A stretch of 52,199 bases of DNA from assembly GCA_016186095.1 (NCBI GenBank), contig JACPMG010000003.1, positions 1-52,199 of the forward strand, written 5' to 3'. Under the pieces are notes generated by a model. The model was not told the origin of the DNA, did no database searches, and saw only the letters and a program-made list of their open reading frames with translations. Positions within the stretch are counted from its first letter, which is position 1. The number at the start of each line of letters is the position of its first letter. Shown piece after piece: positions 1-8,391 of this stretch. Source of the DNA: Candidatus Sungiibacteriota bacterium (GTDB lineage Bacteria > Patescibacteriota > Minisyncoccia > Sungbacterales > HO2-52-23). The position numbers were made by a program, and so were the translations under genes.

Positions 1-1
1 A

Positions 2-94
2 ACTGTTTTGGATGAAGAAATCAAAGAGAAGCGCGCGCGTTTGGAATACATTGATGCGCGGTTTGGGAATAAGGCGTTTTATAAATTGAAATAA
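2..94 (+). CDS. 3' end of a CDS entering from the left edge (hypothetical; an FtsQ/DivIB-like tail is only a weak guess)
   Basis: Frame 2 is open from the window edge (TVLDEEIKEKRARLEYIDARFGNKAFYKLK), with TAA at 92-94. Confidence 0.35.
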   Translation, partial: TVLDEEIKEKRARLEYIDARFGNKAFYKLK

Positions 95-104
95 ATCTTC
101 TTCA

Positions 105-456
105 GAAAATTGCGCGGCCCTCCTTGGATTGCTCCTTGGAGGGCCGTTAACTACACCCGCAAGGCGGCCACTGAGGTCTTCACCCTCATGCCTTCTCCTT
201 GTCGCCGGGGTTACCCGCGTCGTTCTTACCTCGACCCATGGGTCGGGTGACGCGGGGTACACTCGCTCCGTGAACGCGCCGTCACAGGCGGACCGCTTGG
301 ATTTGCTCGGCGCGCCCACGGAGGTTGTTGACGAAAAGAACAGGGCTTTGGGATGCTGGCGTACCATCCCTCGGCCATCAAACAAGGTTAGCAACATTAT
401 GCCAACCGCCTGCCAAGGCTTCCTGAAAAATGACAGGGCAGGACAGACGCCAGAGA
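105..456 (-). ncRNA. Structured ~350-nt RNA; best guess RNase P RNA (rnpB-like), identity unconfirmed
   Basis: GC-rich non-coding block between a sigma70-like promoter (464-493) and a perfect 8-bp hairpin (116-123/138-145). On the minus strand there are order-conserved short matches to E. coli M1 RNA, recalled from memory: GAGCAAAUCC, GGUAAGAACG, GGGUAACCCCGGCGACAAGG, GUAGUUAACGG. The canonical GGAAAGUCC P4 motif is only imperfectly present (AGGAAGCC or CCAAAGCCC). Confidence 0.45.
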
Positions 457-463
457 TATGCTC

Positions 464-493
464 ATTATAGCAAATTCCATGGCCATCTGTCAA
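464..493 (-). promoter_or_regulatory. sigma70-like promoter, TTGACA-N18-TATAAT
   Basis: Minus strand TTGACA (488-493), an 18-nt spacer, then TATAAT (464-469), directly upstream of the structured RNA. Confidence 0.5.
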
Positions 494-513
494 GCTTTTA
501 GAAGTATTTATCC

Positions 514-540
514 AAAAATTGGCTCAAATAAGCCAATTTT
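514..540 (-). terminator. Rho-independent terminator of the 579-2399 gene
   Basis: Minus strand TTGGCT-TATTTG-AGCCAA hairpin followed by TTTTT. Confidence 0.6.
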
Positions 541-578
541 CTGTATTCGTATATTCGTATGATTCGTTATTCGTAGTA
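541..578. repeat. Cluster of 4 ATTCGT/ACGAAT units directly after the stop codon
   Basis: ATTCGT at 545-550, 553-558, 562-567 and 569-574. Same word family as the repeats inside the second GT-C gene. Confidence 0.6.
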
Positions 579-2399
579 TTAGGGAAGTTTATACAAAAAT
601 ATAGAGTATCCAATCTGTCCAGCAGGCGGATATGGCTTGAGCCATTCGTATGAGTCCTCGGGTTTGCGTATAAACCCCGGAGCGGTTTTGCCAAAAGCGT
701 CTTGCCTGAAAGTTGCCGAGATGGCAAACCAACCCGATGCTGGACCGCGCGAGGACTGCCACGGCTCGTATTTATCGCCCAGGTAATATCTGGGATTTCC
801 TCCGCCAAAATAATCCACGGCCAGTTTTTCTATTTTATTTTTCTCCACATACTGCGCGAGCCGTTTCAAATCCTGCCCCCAGTCGTAATTGGAATCAACT
901 GCAATTCTCCAGCCTGCTCTTGCGCCGCCCGCCAACTCATTATAGTAAGGCATAAAATTAGGGAAAACGGTCACCGTATTAAGGATAAGCCAAAACATTA
1001 AAAGTAAAACTAAAAGATACTTGGGTATGGAGGCAATATAAATTTGATATATATTTTTAAACCATCCGCCCCAAGTTTTAGGATCGGCCAATTCATGCGA
1101 GCGTAACCAAGGCGTTATATATCGCGAGACGAGGATATAAATAAAAGGAAAAGTCGGCAACACGTGCCGCACTCCGATATTGAGCGGAGAGGCCATGGAA
1201 AATATCCAGTAAAACAAAATGAAAACAAGCGAGCCCGTCTCCCAAAAGTGATTTTCCACGAAGCAGCGGATACGTTCATACGTCGTGCCGAAGTGTTCGG
1301 CCAGTGTCTTCTTGAATTTTTTTATGGCAAACCAAAAAGCGATGAGTGTGAGGATATGCAGCGCCAGAGGCTCTTTTAGAAGATAAAGAAGCGGGAAATA
1401 AGCCCTAGATCCGCTAGAGGAAACTTCGCCGAGGAAAAATGATGTGTTTCCTCCGGCGGAGCGTTGGCTGACCATAAATACGCCCAGTAAATATTGCCCC
1501 AGGGGCCGCGTCAGCGGGTTTTTTATGAGCGCGAAATCAAAGCTTGCCGCCGGACGCAAGCCGTAGGAGGATAATAAAAACTCCGCATCTCGCAGCTGAC
1601 GTTCCTGTGGATAATTCCAGGTAAATACCGCATACACTGCCCAGATAAGTAAAAGTCCGCTAAGGCCGACGACGATCGTTTTTCCGACCAGACGCATTCC
1701 CACGCGCAGGCGCTCGTGCAAATGCAGATTGGGGCGGCTTAGAATCCATATTATAAGTAGCAGCGCGTATATGGGGACAAGAAGCACGAGCGAGAATTTG
1801 AGAAGCTGGACGATACCGAAAATTATCCCTGCAATCGCAAGATTTTTCCTGGTTGGATTTTCAAGGAATGAGATAAACGAAGCAATACCTATGAAAAATC
1901 CCAAGGCCGCCCCAAGGTCGGTGGTAACATAACGCGCGTGGGTAAGGATTGTTGGCGAGAAAGCAAAAAGTAAGAGCGTCAATAGTGCCGCGGAGTTGCC
2001 GAATCGTTTTCTTGTCCATGAAAAAAGCAGCCATCCGAAAAATATAGTAAGAAGGATCAGCGGCAAGCGCGACCAGAAGATTATTTTATCCGCGTCATTG
2101 CCTGATTCGTATAAAAATTTAGCACCCTGCGCCCATTGGCCATTTATATCATCTTTCCAGTAGGGAGTATCGGTGGGAAAATACGGCCGAGCAAAAATCC
2201 ATCCGGAAATTGCGGCAAGAGCCTTAAGAAGCGGCGGATGCTCGGGATTTAGCCGATAGTCAAGTTGAGTAACGTATCCGAATCCTGCCGGAATGTGCGC
2301 CAACTCATCCATGGTGGCCGAGTCGTTCCAGACCGATCCGAGCATTAGAAGAAACATTATGAACAGGATTGCACCGGCAAAGAAATTGACTTTACTCAT
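579..2399 (-). CDS. ArnT/PMT-like GT-C (GT39/GT83-type) lipid-carrier-dependent glycosyltransferase
   Basis: 606 aa and polytopic. Has the first-loop acidic motif TMDELAHIPAGFGY typical of the family. Confidence 0.8.
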   Translation of the reverse strand: MSKVNFFAGAILFIMFLLMLGSVWNDSATMDELAHIPAGFGYVTQLDYRLNPEHPPLLKALAAISGWIFARPYFPTDTPYWKDDINGQWAQGAKFLYESGNDADKIIFWSRLPLILLTIFFGWLLFSWTRKRFGNSAALLTLLLFAFSPTILTHARYVTTDLGAALGFFIGIASFISFLENPTRKNLAIAGIIFGIVQLLKFSLVLLVPIYALLLIIWILSRPNLHLHERLRVGMRLVGKTIVVGLSGLLLIWAVYAVFTWNYPQERQLRDAEFLLSSYGLRPAASFDFALIKNPLTRPLGQYLLGVFMVSQRSAGGNTSFFLGEVSSSGSRAYFPLLYLLKEPLALHILTLIAFWFAIKKFKKTLAEHFGTTYERIRCFVENHFWETGSLVFILFYWIFSMASPLNIGVRHVLPTFPFIYILVSRYITPWLRSHELADPKTWGGWFKNIYQIYIASIPKYLLVLLLMFWLILNTVTVFPNFMPYYNELAGGARAGWRIAVDSNYDWGQDLKRLAQYVEKNKIEKLAVDYFGGGNPRYYLGDKYEPWQSSRGPASGWFAISATFRQDAFGKTAPGFIRKPEDSYEWLKPYPPAGQIGYSIFLYKLP

Positions 2400-2460
2400 A
2401 AAATAGTGTATGGTTTATATGGTTGTTTTAGCTTCTACAGTATACCACAAGGAGGAACAA

Positions 2461-2805
2461 ATGGGTTTTGGTCAGCGGACGCCCTCTGAGAAGTTTGTCC
2501 TTGCGGCTGTGCGAATGCATGGGTCTGAACACGGGACTGGGAAGATCGAACGTATCAGTCGCGTGGTTTATGACCAGGATGCTCAGGCCCTTGTGATTTG
2601 GGTGAGAGATTTTGCCGGTGAGGAAGAGGCGTTAGACTTGAAGTGGTATGACCCCGCAGAATTAGAGAGTAATCTTCGCAATAGCGGCGCGGATTTTGTA
2701 AGAAGCGTAGCCCTGATGTTTTTCAGACATGCCGGATATTCCATTCACGAAAATCCTCAGGCCGGAGGCGCTGAAAGGCGCGTAGTTGAGTGGAGCCGAC
2801 AGTAG
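2461..2805 (+). CDS. Hypothetical small protein
   Basis: ATG at 2461 is preceded by AAGGAGG (2448-2454). 114 aa with no recognisable motif. The track ORF starts earlier, at 2410. Confidence 0.55.
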   Translation: MGFGQRTPSEKFVLAAVRMHGSEHGTGKIERISRVVYDQDAQALVIWVRDFAGEEEALDLKWYDPAELESNLRNSGADFVRSVALMFFRHAGYSIHENPQAGGAERRVVEWSRQ

Positions 2806-2849
2806 AGGAGATAGACAAGACATGCGGTATGCCTTTGGGCAGCCGCTAG

Positions 2850-4559
2850 TTAATTTTCCAAAATCACGAAATCTCCGGGCACGCGTACCCTTAACTGGGG
2901 ATTTTTTTGTTTAATTTCATTAATTAGTGCTTTGTCTTCTCCGTTAAGAAAAGCGATGACTGTCGGCTGATTACTGGTAACTAGTAACTGGTTACTAATA
3001 TTCTGCGGCAATACGTACTCCATATTTTTCTCCTTTTGTCCAGTTTCGCGAAAAGTATCTGTGGCAAACATTACGGTCTGCGCGGGCACGCTGATGCCGC
3101 GCACTTCAACTCCGGGGAGATTTACCACCACATATTTTTTGGTCTCATTCGGAAGACCGTCTAGAAATTTGCCAAGATGCCATAAATCGGTTGAGAAAGC
3201 AAAATAGGTCTCCTCGCTTCCGGCCCAACGGATAAAATAATTCCGGTAGGTAAGAATAGGGATTAGCGTCAGAAGCAAAATCGCCAGAAGCGCCACCTCT
3301 TTTTTTACCCTCTCAAGTTGGCCTATATACGTCGGCCATTTTAACTTCTGCAGATCCAGCCAATTTATAATCTTTTGGTAAATCCACCACGCCCCCAAGC
3401 CTGATAAAATCATCACCGGCGGGATTAGGCCGATGGAGCGAAGCGCATGAGGAAGGCCTTCGCGCGTTAGAGTGGCAGGGAGAGACATAAAGAGGAGCCA
3501 GGCTAGTAAGCTTGTAGTTTGTAGCTTGTAGCTTGTAGCGCGGAAAAATAGCTGACGGAGCATAAGGATAAAACCCGTGAGGAAGAATATGGCTACAACA
3601 GATTGGAGTTGGGGCTGGCAGGCAAAATTATGCCGCCAGTTGCAGTCGCCTCGTATAAAAAACATACCTAATGTTGCCAGATTTGATTTTATAAATTCCT
3701 TCAGAGGCGATATGGATGAGAAAATAGATACGTCTCCGGCTCTTCCCAGAAAGTCCTGCGGATTTTGTACAAAATGTAATCCGAGGGGAAGAGCGACCAC
3801 GAAGGTTATGAGAAAAAAAAGTAGTACCGCGCACGGCGCACAGTATTTATTCGTATAATTGGTATTCATTCGTATATTGGTATCGGTGTTCTTCCACCAT
3901 TTCCACAAATACCAAATAAGTGGAACTGCTAGGACAAACGGTATGAATCTGAAAGCAATGTACGTGTGAAAGCCAAGACCGATAAAAATCCCGGCCCAAA
4001 CCATATCCAGAATTTTTCCTTGCCGAAGCCCTTTTAGCAAAAAATATATTCCAAACGTTGCCAAAAACGGGATCATGATTGCCCGAAACCCTATGCGGGA
4101 GAAATTGATGTGCCAATAGCTCGTGGCCAAAAAGAAAGAGGAGAGCAGCGCTACGAAATACGAATTGGTACGAAAGTACGAAAGATTGTTTTTCGTAATT
4201 TCGTATTCTTTCGTATTTCGTAGCCAATGCGATTGTCCAAACAGTTCTTTGGTTAAAAGGTAAACTCCGAGAATGGTTAAAGTTCCAAAAATGGCGCTGA
4301 CTATTCGCAATGCCCATGGCTCAATTCCAAAAAGCCGAAGCGAGAGCGCCTGCAAATTTATAAATAGCCCTTCGCGGCCGTTATTTTCCGGATAAAACAC
4401 CTTGAAGTCGCCCGTGGCAATGGCTTCAAGCGCGTTATTCCCGTTCATGGCCTCATCCGGATAAAGTCCGGGCGGGACTTCGGTGATTTGGTAGAAACGG
4501 AAAAATGCGCCTATGGCTAGGATAAAAATAAGGGTGGCGAATTTCTGTCTTTTGCTCAC
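2850..4559 (-). CDS. ArnT/PMT-like GT-C glycosyltransferase, second paralog
   Basis: 569 aa with a GTG start. Polytopic, with loop motif LYPDEAMNGNNALEA. Carries three in-frame oligo-repeat modules. Confidence 0.8.
   Translation of the reverse strand: MSKRQKFATLIFILAIGAFFRFYQITEVPPGLYPDEAMNGNNALEAIATGDFKVFYPENNGREGLFINLQALSLRLFGIEPWALRIVSAIFGTLTILGVYLLTKELFGQSHWLRNTKEYEITKNNLSYFRTNSYFVALLSSFFLATSYWHINFSRIGFRAIMIPFLATFGIYFLLKGLRQGKILDMVWAGIFIGLGFHTYIAFRFIPFVLAVPLIWYLWKWWKNTDTNIRMNTNYTNKYCAPCAVLLFFLITFVVALPLGLHFVQNPQDFLGRAGDVSIFSSISPLKEFIKSNLATLGMFFIRGDCNWRHNFACQPQLQSVVAIFFLTGFILMLRQLFFRATSYKLQTTSLLAWLLFMSLPATLTREGLPHALRSIGLIPPVMILSGLGAWWIYQKIINWLDLQKLKWPTYIGQLERVKKEVALLAILLLTLIPILTYRNYFIRWAGSEETYFAFSTDLWHLGKFLDGLPNETKKYVVVNLPGVEVRGISVPAQTVMFATDTFRETGQKEKNMEYVLPQNISNQLLVTSNQPTVIAFLNGEDKALINEIKQKNPQLRVRVPGDFVILEN
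3508..3540. repeat. Tandem 7-mer AGCTTGT array inside a CDS
   Basis: agcttgt agtttgt agcttgt agcttgt agcg, translated on the minus strand as ATSYKLQTTS. Confidence 0.7.
3847..3885. repeat. Tandem TTCGTATA(A)TTGGTAT duplication inside a CDS
   Basis: Two adjacent copies, translated as NTDTNIRMNTNYTNKY. Confidence 0.7.
4150..4224. repeat. 75-nt (25-codon) palindromic ACGAA-rich element inside a CDS
   Basis: GCTACGAAATACGAA (4150-4164) is the exact reverse complement of TTCGTATTTCGTAGC (4210-4224). The length is a multiple of 3 and there is no stop. Confidence 0.75.
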
Positions 4560-4585
4560 AGTTTAATTATAGTACAATACGTGAT

Positions 4586-5035
4586 ATGCCCCAAGATTCG
4601 CAAAAAGAGAAGGGAGCGGCGTCAGCCGAGGAAGAGATTCTGGAGCTGGAGCGAAAACTAGAGGAGAAAAAAAGAGAGCTTGCGGAAAGCGGCGCAGCAC
4701 CCGTTGAAGAAAAAGAGGTATTTCGCGAGGTATTGCGGGAACACGTGGAAGAAGCCCGTCCGCAAGCGCCCGGCGAAGGACCGGCAGTTTTGGCTCCTTC
4801 GGTTACTCATGTTTTAGCCGATGACCTCAAGAAGAAGGCCGACGAGGTGAAGAAAAAAGAACTGCGCGAAGAGCAAGTGCGCGAGCTAATTGAATTTGCC
4901 CTGACACGGACTATAAACGACGCGGTAAAAGTAGCGGAGCGCGCAACTCCATGGCTTTTGGATGAACTGCATGATCATCTGGTTGATGATTATTATGAAA
5001 AGCTAGTGCAGTTGAGGAAATTGAAGCAACTTTAA
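4586..5035 (+). CDS. Hypothetical acidic coiled-coil protein
   Basis: 149 aa, Glu/Lys-rich. Its TAA overlaps the ATG of the next gene (TAATG at 5033-5037). Confidence 0.6.
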   Translation: MPQDSQKEKGAASAEEEILELERKLEEKKRELAESGAAPVEEKEVFREVLREHVEEARPQAPGEGPAVLAPSVTHVLADDLKKKADEVKKKELREEQVRELIEFALTRTINDAVKVAERATPWLLDELHDHLVDDYYEKLVQLRKLKQL

Positions 5036-7467
5036 TGTACCTTTTCTATTTATATCTTTTATTGATTTTTGTCATAGTCCTGGCTCTGCTGGCGGTTTTG
5101 ATATTGCGCGGATACGCCCGCCGCGGCCTGATTTCCCGTTCCCTTAATCTGGAGCTTCTTTTGGTAAGGTTTTCCCCTGTAGCACCGTCTCCGCAGGAGC
5201 CGACTATGCAGCAGATCCGGGAGAAGATCGCCCTGATGGAACAATTCTACAGTCACCTGCATTTAATACGCGACAACTGGTGGAGAAAATTGCTTTACGG
5301 CAAGCCGACTTTTTCTTTGGAACTCACTATCCCCTCAATCGGCGAGGAAATTTCATTTTATGTTGCCGTTCCGCGACGGCTCCGTATGGCTGTAGAAAAA
5401 GTTATTCAGGGTATTTTTCCCGATGCGCAGGTTGAAGTTTCGCGCGACTATAATATTTTCAATCCGGAGGGGCAGGCGGTGGGTGCGGGCATAGTTTTAA
5501 AAGAGAATAGATACTATCCCCTGAAAACTTATCAGAAATTAGAGGGTGATCCCATGAAGGAGTTAACCAACGTGTTTACCAAGCTTGCCAAGGAGGGCGA
5601 AGGAGCCGCGTTACAGATTATCGCGCGCCCGGCGCGCAAAAAATGGAGCAGAAAGTTAAAAGATCGCGCCAAAATACTTTTTGGCGGCAAAAAGGCAAAA
5701 GAGAGCGTATTATTGGGAGCCGTGCGCGGAGCAGGGGATTTCACCGGCATGACGCCCGGGGGCCCTGCGCAGGAGAGACCGGAGGAGCTAAAAAAAATAA
5801 CGCCCCTGCAGGAGGAAATCGTGCGGGCGCTGGAGAATAAGGCATCCAAACCTCTTTTTGACGCCAATATACGCATCCTGGCATCAGCAGTAGATGATGC
5901 GCGGGCACGCTCAATCCTGCAGGGATTGACACTCGCTTTTGCTCAGTTTGCCGACCAGAATTTAAACAGTTTTAAAATAATACCCATGGAGGGTAGGTCT
6001 TTAAAAAGTTTTATCTTCAATTTTTCTTTCCGCGGATTTGACGATTACAGAAAAATTATTTTGGGATCGGAGGAGCTGACGTCTATTTTCCATTTCCCCA
6101 ATATCCTTACCGAAACCCCGAAGCTGAAAATTGTGAAAGCGCGCGAAGCGCCCCCGCCGGTAAATGTTCCGCAAGACGGCCTGCTTCTGGGGTATAACGT
6201 ATTTCGCGGAGAAAAAACCGACATTAAGCTGTCGGAAGAGGATCGGCGTAGGCATTTATATATCATCGGGCAGACCGGAACCGGAAAGTCGGTTTTCTTG
6301 GAGAGTATGATTATTCAAGATATACAGGCCGGCAAAGGGGTGTGCGTTATTGACCCGCACGGAGATATGGTGGAGCGTATTTTGGGGTTTGTGCCGCGGC
6401 ATCGAGCGCAGGACGTGGTTTATTTCAACCCCGGAGATGTGGCGCGCCCCATGGGCTTGAACATGCTCGAATACGATCCTAATTTTCCCGAGCAGAAAAC
6501 TTTTATTGTAAACGAACTTCTCTCCATTTTTGACAAACTTTACAATATGTCCATTGCCGGAGGCCCGATGTTTGAGCAGTATTTCCGCAACTCCACGCTT
6601 CTGGTTATGGATGATCCAACGTCGGGCAACACTTTAATCGAAATTGAGCGGGTGCTTACCGATAAGCCTTTTCGTGACCTTAAACTTTCGCGCTCCAACA
6701 ACATCGTGGTGAAAAATTTCTGGACGCAGATTGCGGAAAAAGCCGGAGGAGAAGCATCGCTGAAGGATATGGTGCCTTATATTGCCTCCAAGTTTGATAA
6801 TTTTATTGCGAACGAAATCATGCGTCCCATAATCGCGCAGGAGAAATCCGCTTTTAATTTCCGCGAGGTAATGGATAATCAAAAAATACTTCTGGTCAAT
6901 CTTTCCAAGGGGCGTCTGGGCGATCTGAATTCTTCCCTTATCGGCCTCGTGATCGTGGGCAAGCTCCTGATGGCGGCACTCTCCCGTACCGATCAGCCCG
7001 AGGAGCGCAGAAAAGATTTTTATCTTTATATTGATGAGTTCCAAAACGTTACCACTGATTCTATCGCGACCATCCTCTCGGAGGCGCGAAAATACCGGCT
7101 TGATCTTATCATCACCCATCAATTTATCGGACAGTTGAAAGAAGAAATCAAAAAAGCGGTTTTTGGAAACGTAGGCTCCATGGTTTCTTTCCGGATCGGA
7201 TCGGATGACGGCGAATTTATGGCCAAGCAATATAAACCCGTTTTCTCCGAGCAGGATTTGCTGAATATAGATAACTTCAACTGCTACGTGAAGCTTTTAA
7301 TAAAAGGCCAGACCTCGCCGTCTTTCAGTATGAAGACCTATCCTTCGGGCAAGGGCGAGAAAGAAGTCGCCGAGATGATAAAAGAGATTTCCCGTACCAA
7401 ATACGGCAGGCCGCGAGAAGAAGTGGAGCGGGAGATCATGGAAAAACATCAGAAGCCAAGCTTTTAG
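5035..7467 (+). CDS. VirD4/TraD/TrwB-like type IV coupling-protein-family P-loop ATPase
   Basis: 810 aa with an N-terminal TM segment. Walker A is IIGQTGTGKS and Walker B-like is FYLYIDEFQN, followed by a THQFIGQL block. Confidence 0.75.
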   Translation: MYLFYLYLLLIFVIVLALLAVLILRGYARRGLISRSLNLELLLVRFSPVAPSPQEPTMQQIREKIALMEQFYSHLHLIRDNWWRKLLYGKPTFSLELTIPSIGEEISFYVAVPRRLRMAVEKVIQGIFPDAQVEVSRDYNIFNPEGQAVGAGIVLKENRYYPLKTYQKLEGDPMKELTNVFTKLAKEGEGAALQIIARPARKKWSRKLKDRAKILFGGKKAKESVLLGAVRGAGDFTGMTPGGPAQERPEELKKITPLQEEIVRALENKASKPLFDANIRILASAVDDARARSILQGLTLAFAQFADQNLNSFKIIPMEGRSLKSFIFNFSFRGFDDYRKIILGSEELTSIFHFPNILTETPKLKIVKAREAPPPVNVPQDGLLLGYNVFRGEKTDIKLSEEDRRRHLYIIGQTGTGKSVFLESMIIQDIQAGKGVCVIDPHGDMVERILGFVPRHRAQDVVYFNPGDVARPMGLNMLEYDPNFPEQKTFIVNELLSIFDKLYNMSIAGGPMFEQYFRNSTLLVMDDPTSGNTLIEIERVLTDKPFRDLKLSRSNNIVVKNFWTQIAEKAGGEASLKDMVPYIASKFDNFIANEIMRPIIAQEKSAFNFREVMDNQKILLVNLSKGRLGDLNSSLIGLVIVGKLLMAALSRTDQPEERRKDFYLYIDEFQNVTTDSIATILSEARKYRLDLIITHQFIGQLKEEIKKAVFGNVGSMVSFRIGSDDGEFMAKQYKPVFSEQDLLNIDNFNCYVKLLIKGQTSPSFSMKTYPSGKGEKEVAEMIKEISRTKYGRPREEVEREIMEKHQKPSF

Positions 7468-7475
7468 CATATTTC

Positions 7476-8075
7476 ATGACCAGCAGACAAGATTATGCCA
7501 TCGCCGCTCTAGTCGGGTTTCTCACCGGAGTTTTTGCCGTACCCACTTTGGTAAATTTAGGTGTCTCAAGCTGGCCGCTTTTGATGGCATTGCCTTTGGT
7601 TGTTACATTGCTTTTTCTAGCTGGTCTTTGGATTGCCGGATTTATTTCGCGTTGGCTTGCGTTTCTGCCGCAATTGGCCAAATTCGCGGAAGTGGGGATT
7701 TTGAATAGCGCGATTGATTTTGGCATTCTTAATCTTTTCAGCGCCGCTACGGGGATTATCTCCGGGATCGTCGTAGGAGGGGTCAATATCCCCGGATTCA
7801 GTGTGGCGGTCCTAAACAGTTATTTCTGGAATAAATTTTGGGTTTTCAAGGGGCGTGAGGGCGCGATGCGTGATTTTCCCAAATTTATGGCCGTGAGCAT
7901 AGGTGGCCTTCTTCTTAATAGCGGAGTTATTGTGCTCGCGACCACGTATATTTCTGCCCCGGCTTTTTTAGGCGGTACCGCTTGGCTAAACTTGGCCAAG
8001 ATTTTGGCAACGCTTCTGGTATTTGTCTGGAATTTTCTCGGGTATAAATTTTTGGTGTTTCGTAAGAGTGTTTAG
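7476..8075 (+). CDS. GtrA family membrane protein
   Basis: 199 aa, 4 TM. Contains NSAIDFGILNLF and a C-terminal WNFLGYKFLVFRK, typical of GtrA. Confidence 0.8.
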   Translation: MTSRQDYAIAALVGFLTGVFAVPTLVNLGVSSWPLLMALPLVVTLLFLAGLWIAGFISRWLAFLPQLAKFAEVGILNSAIDFGILNLFSAATGIISGIVVGGVNIPGFSVAVLNSYFWNKFWVFKGREGAMRDFPKFMAVSIGGLLLNSGVIVLATTYISAPAFLGGTAWLNLAKILATLLVFVWNFLGYKFLVFRKSV

Positions 8076-8086
8076 CGGGTGTCCTC

Positions 8087-8275
8087 GGTGTTCTCTTTTC
8101 GCGACACGTCTCGGCGGCTCCAGCGGCCGCCTCGCTAAGGGTCGTCGCGATTTTCCTCGCTATCGCTCGGAGCCAAGCAAATCGGAGACGGGGCGTCCTG
8201 CTGTGGGCGCTTCGCGCTCCTCGCAGGAACGCCTCGCGTCTGGACTCTTCCCATTATCGCGAGAAAGAGAACCCC
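8087..8275. other. GC-rich ~190-nt long imperfect hairpin; candidate ncRNA or composite palindromic element
   Basis: An outer ~17-bp stem pairs 8087-8104 with 8257-8275. An inner stem runs 8185-8199/8221-8240 with apex GCGC-TTC-GCGC (8207-8217). Side hairpins are GGCGGC..GCCGCC (8114-8132) and GCGA-TTTTCC-TCGC. Confidence 0.4.
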
Positions 8276-8391
8276 TCGGTCCGCTAAAATTCATATGGGT
8301 TTGTTGCGCGTGAGCGAACTATGGGCTTCATTTTTGGCGATGGTAGTGCTACTCTAGTCGTAGAGGCCCGTCTTAATTTTAAGGAATACAT

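Noticed and set aside
105-456. tmRNA or SRP RNA identity for the structured RNA
   Set aside because: There is no GGGG...UUCGAC 5' end, no T-arm/ACCA-type 3' end and no plausible tag ORF, which rules against tmRNA. There is no GGAA-capped helix with the AGCA symmetric-loop signature, which rules against SRP RNA. RNase P-like blocks fit better but remain unproven.
129-470. 113-aa plus-strand ORF
   Set aside because: It lies entirely within the GC-rich, stem-rich block bounded by a minus-strand promoter and a hairpin. The Arg/Pro/Ser-rich translation is typical of a spurious frame in GC-rich RNA genes, and there is no RBS.
3508-3540. Possible CRISPR-like or other spaced repeat array
   Set aside because: The units are contiguous 7-mers with no spacers, lie inside a CDS and keep the frame. 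No cas genes occur anywhere in the window.
8087-8275. SRP RNA (ffs) upstream of dnaX, as in some Firmicutes
   Set aside because: The hairpin apex is GCGC-TTC-GCGC on the plus strand and GCGC-GAA-GCGC on the minus strand. The flanking internal loops do not reproduce the conserved domain IV loops on either strand. I kept it only as an unassigned structured element.
8023-8313. 96-aa ORF across the GC-rich hairpin
   Set aside because: It overlaps the gtrA end, has an Arg/Ser/Gly-rich low-complexity translation, and coincides exactly with the palindromic element.
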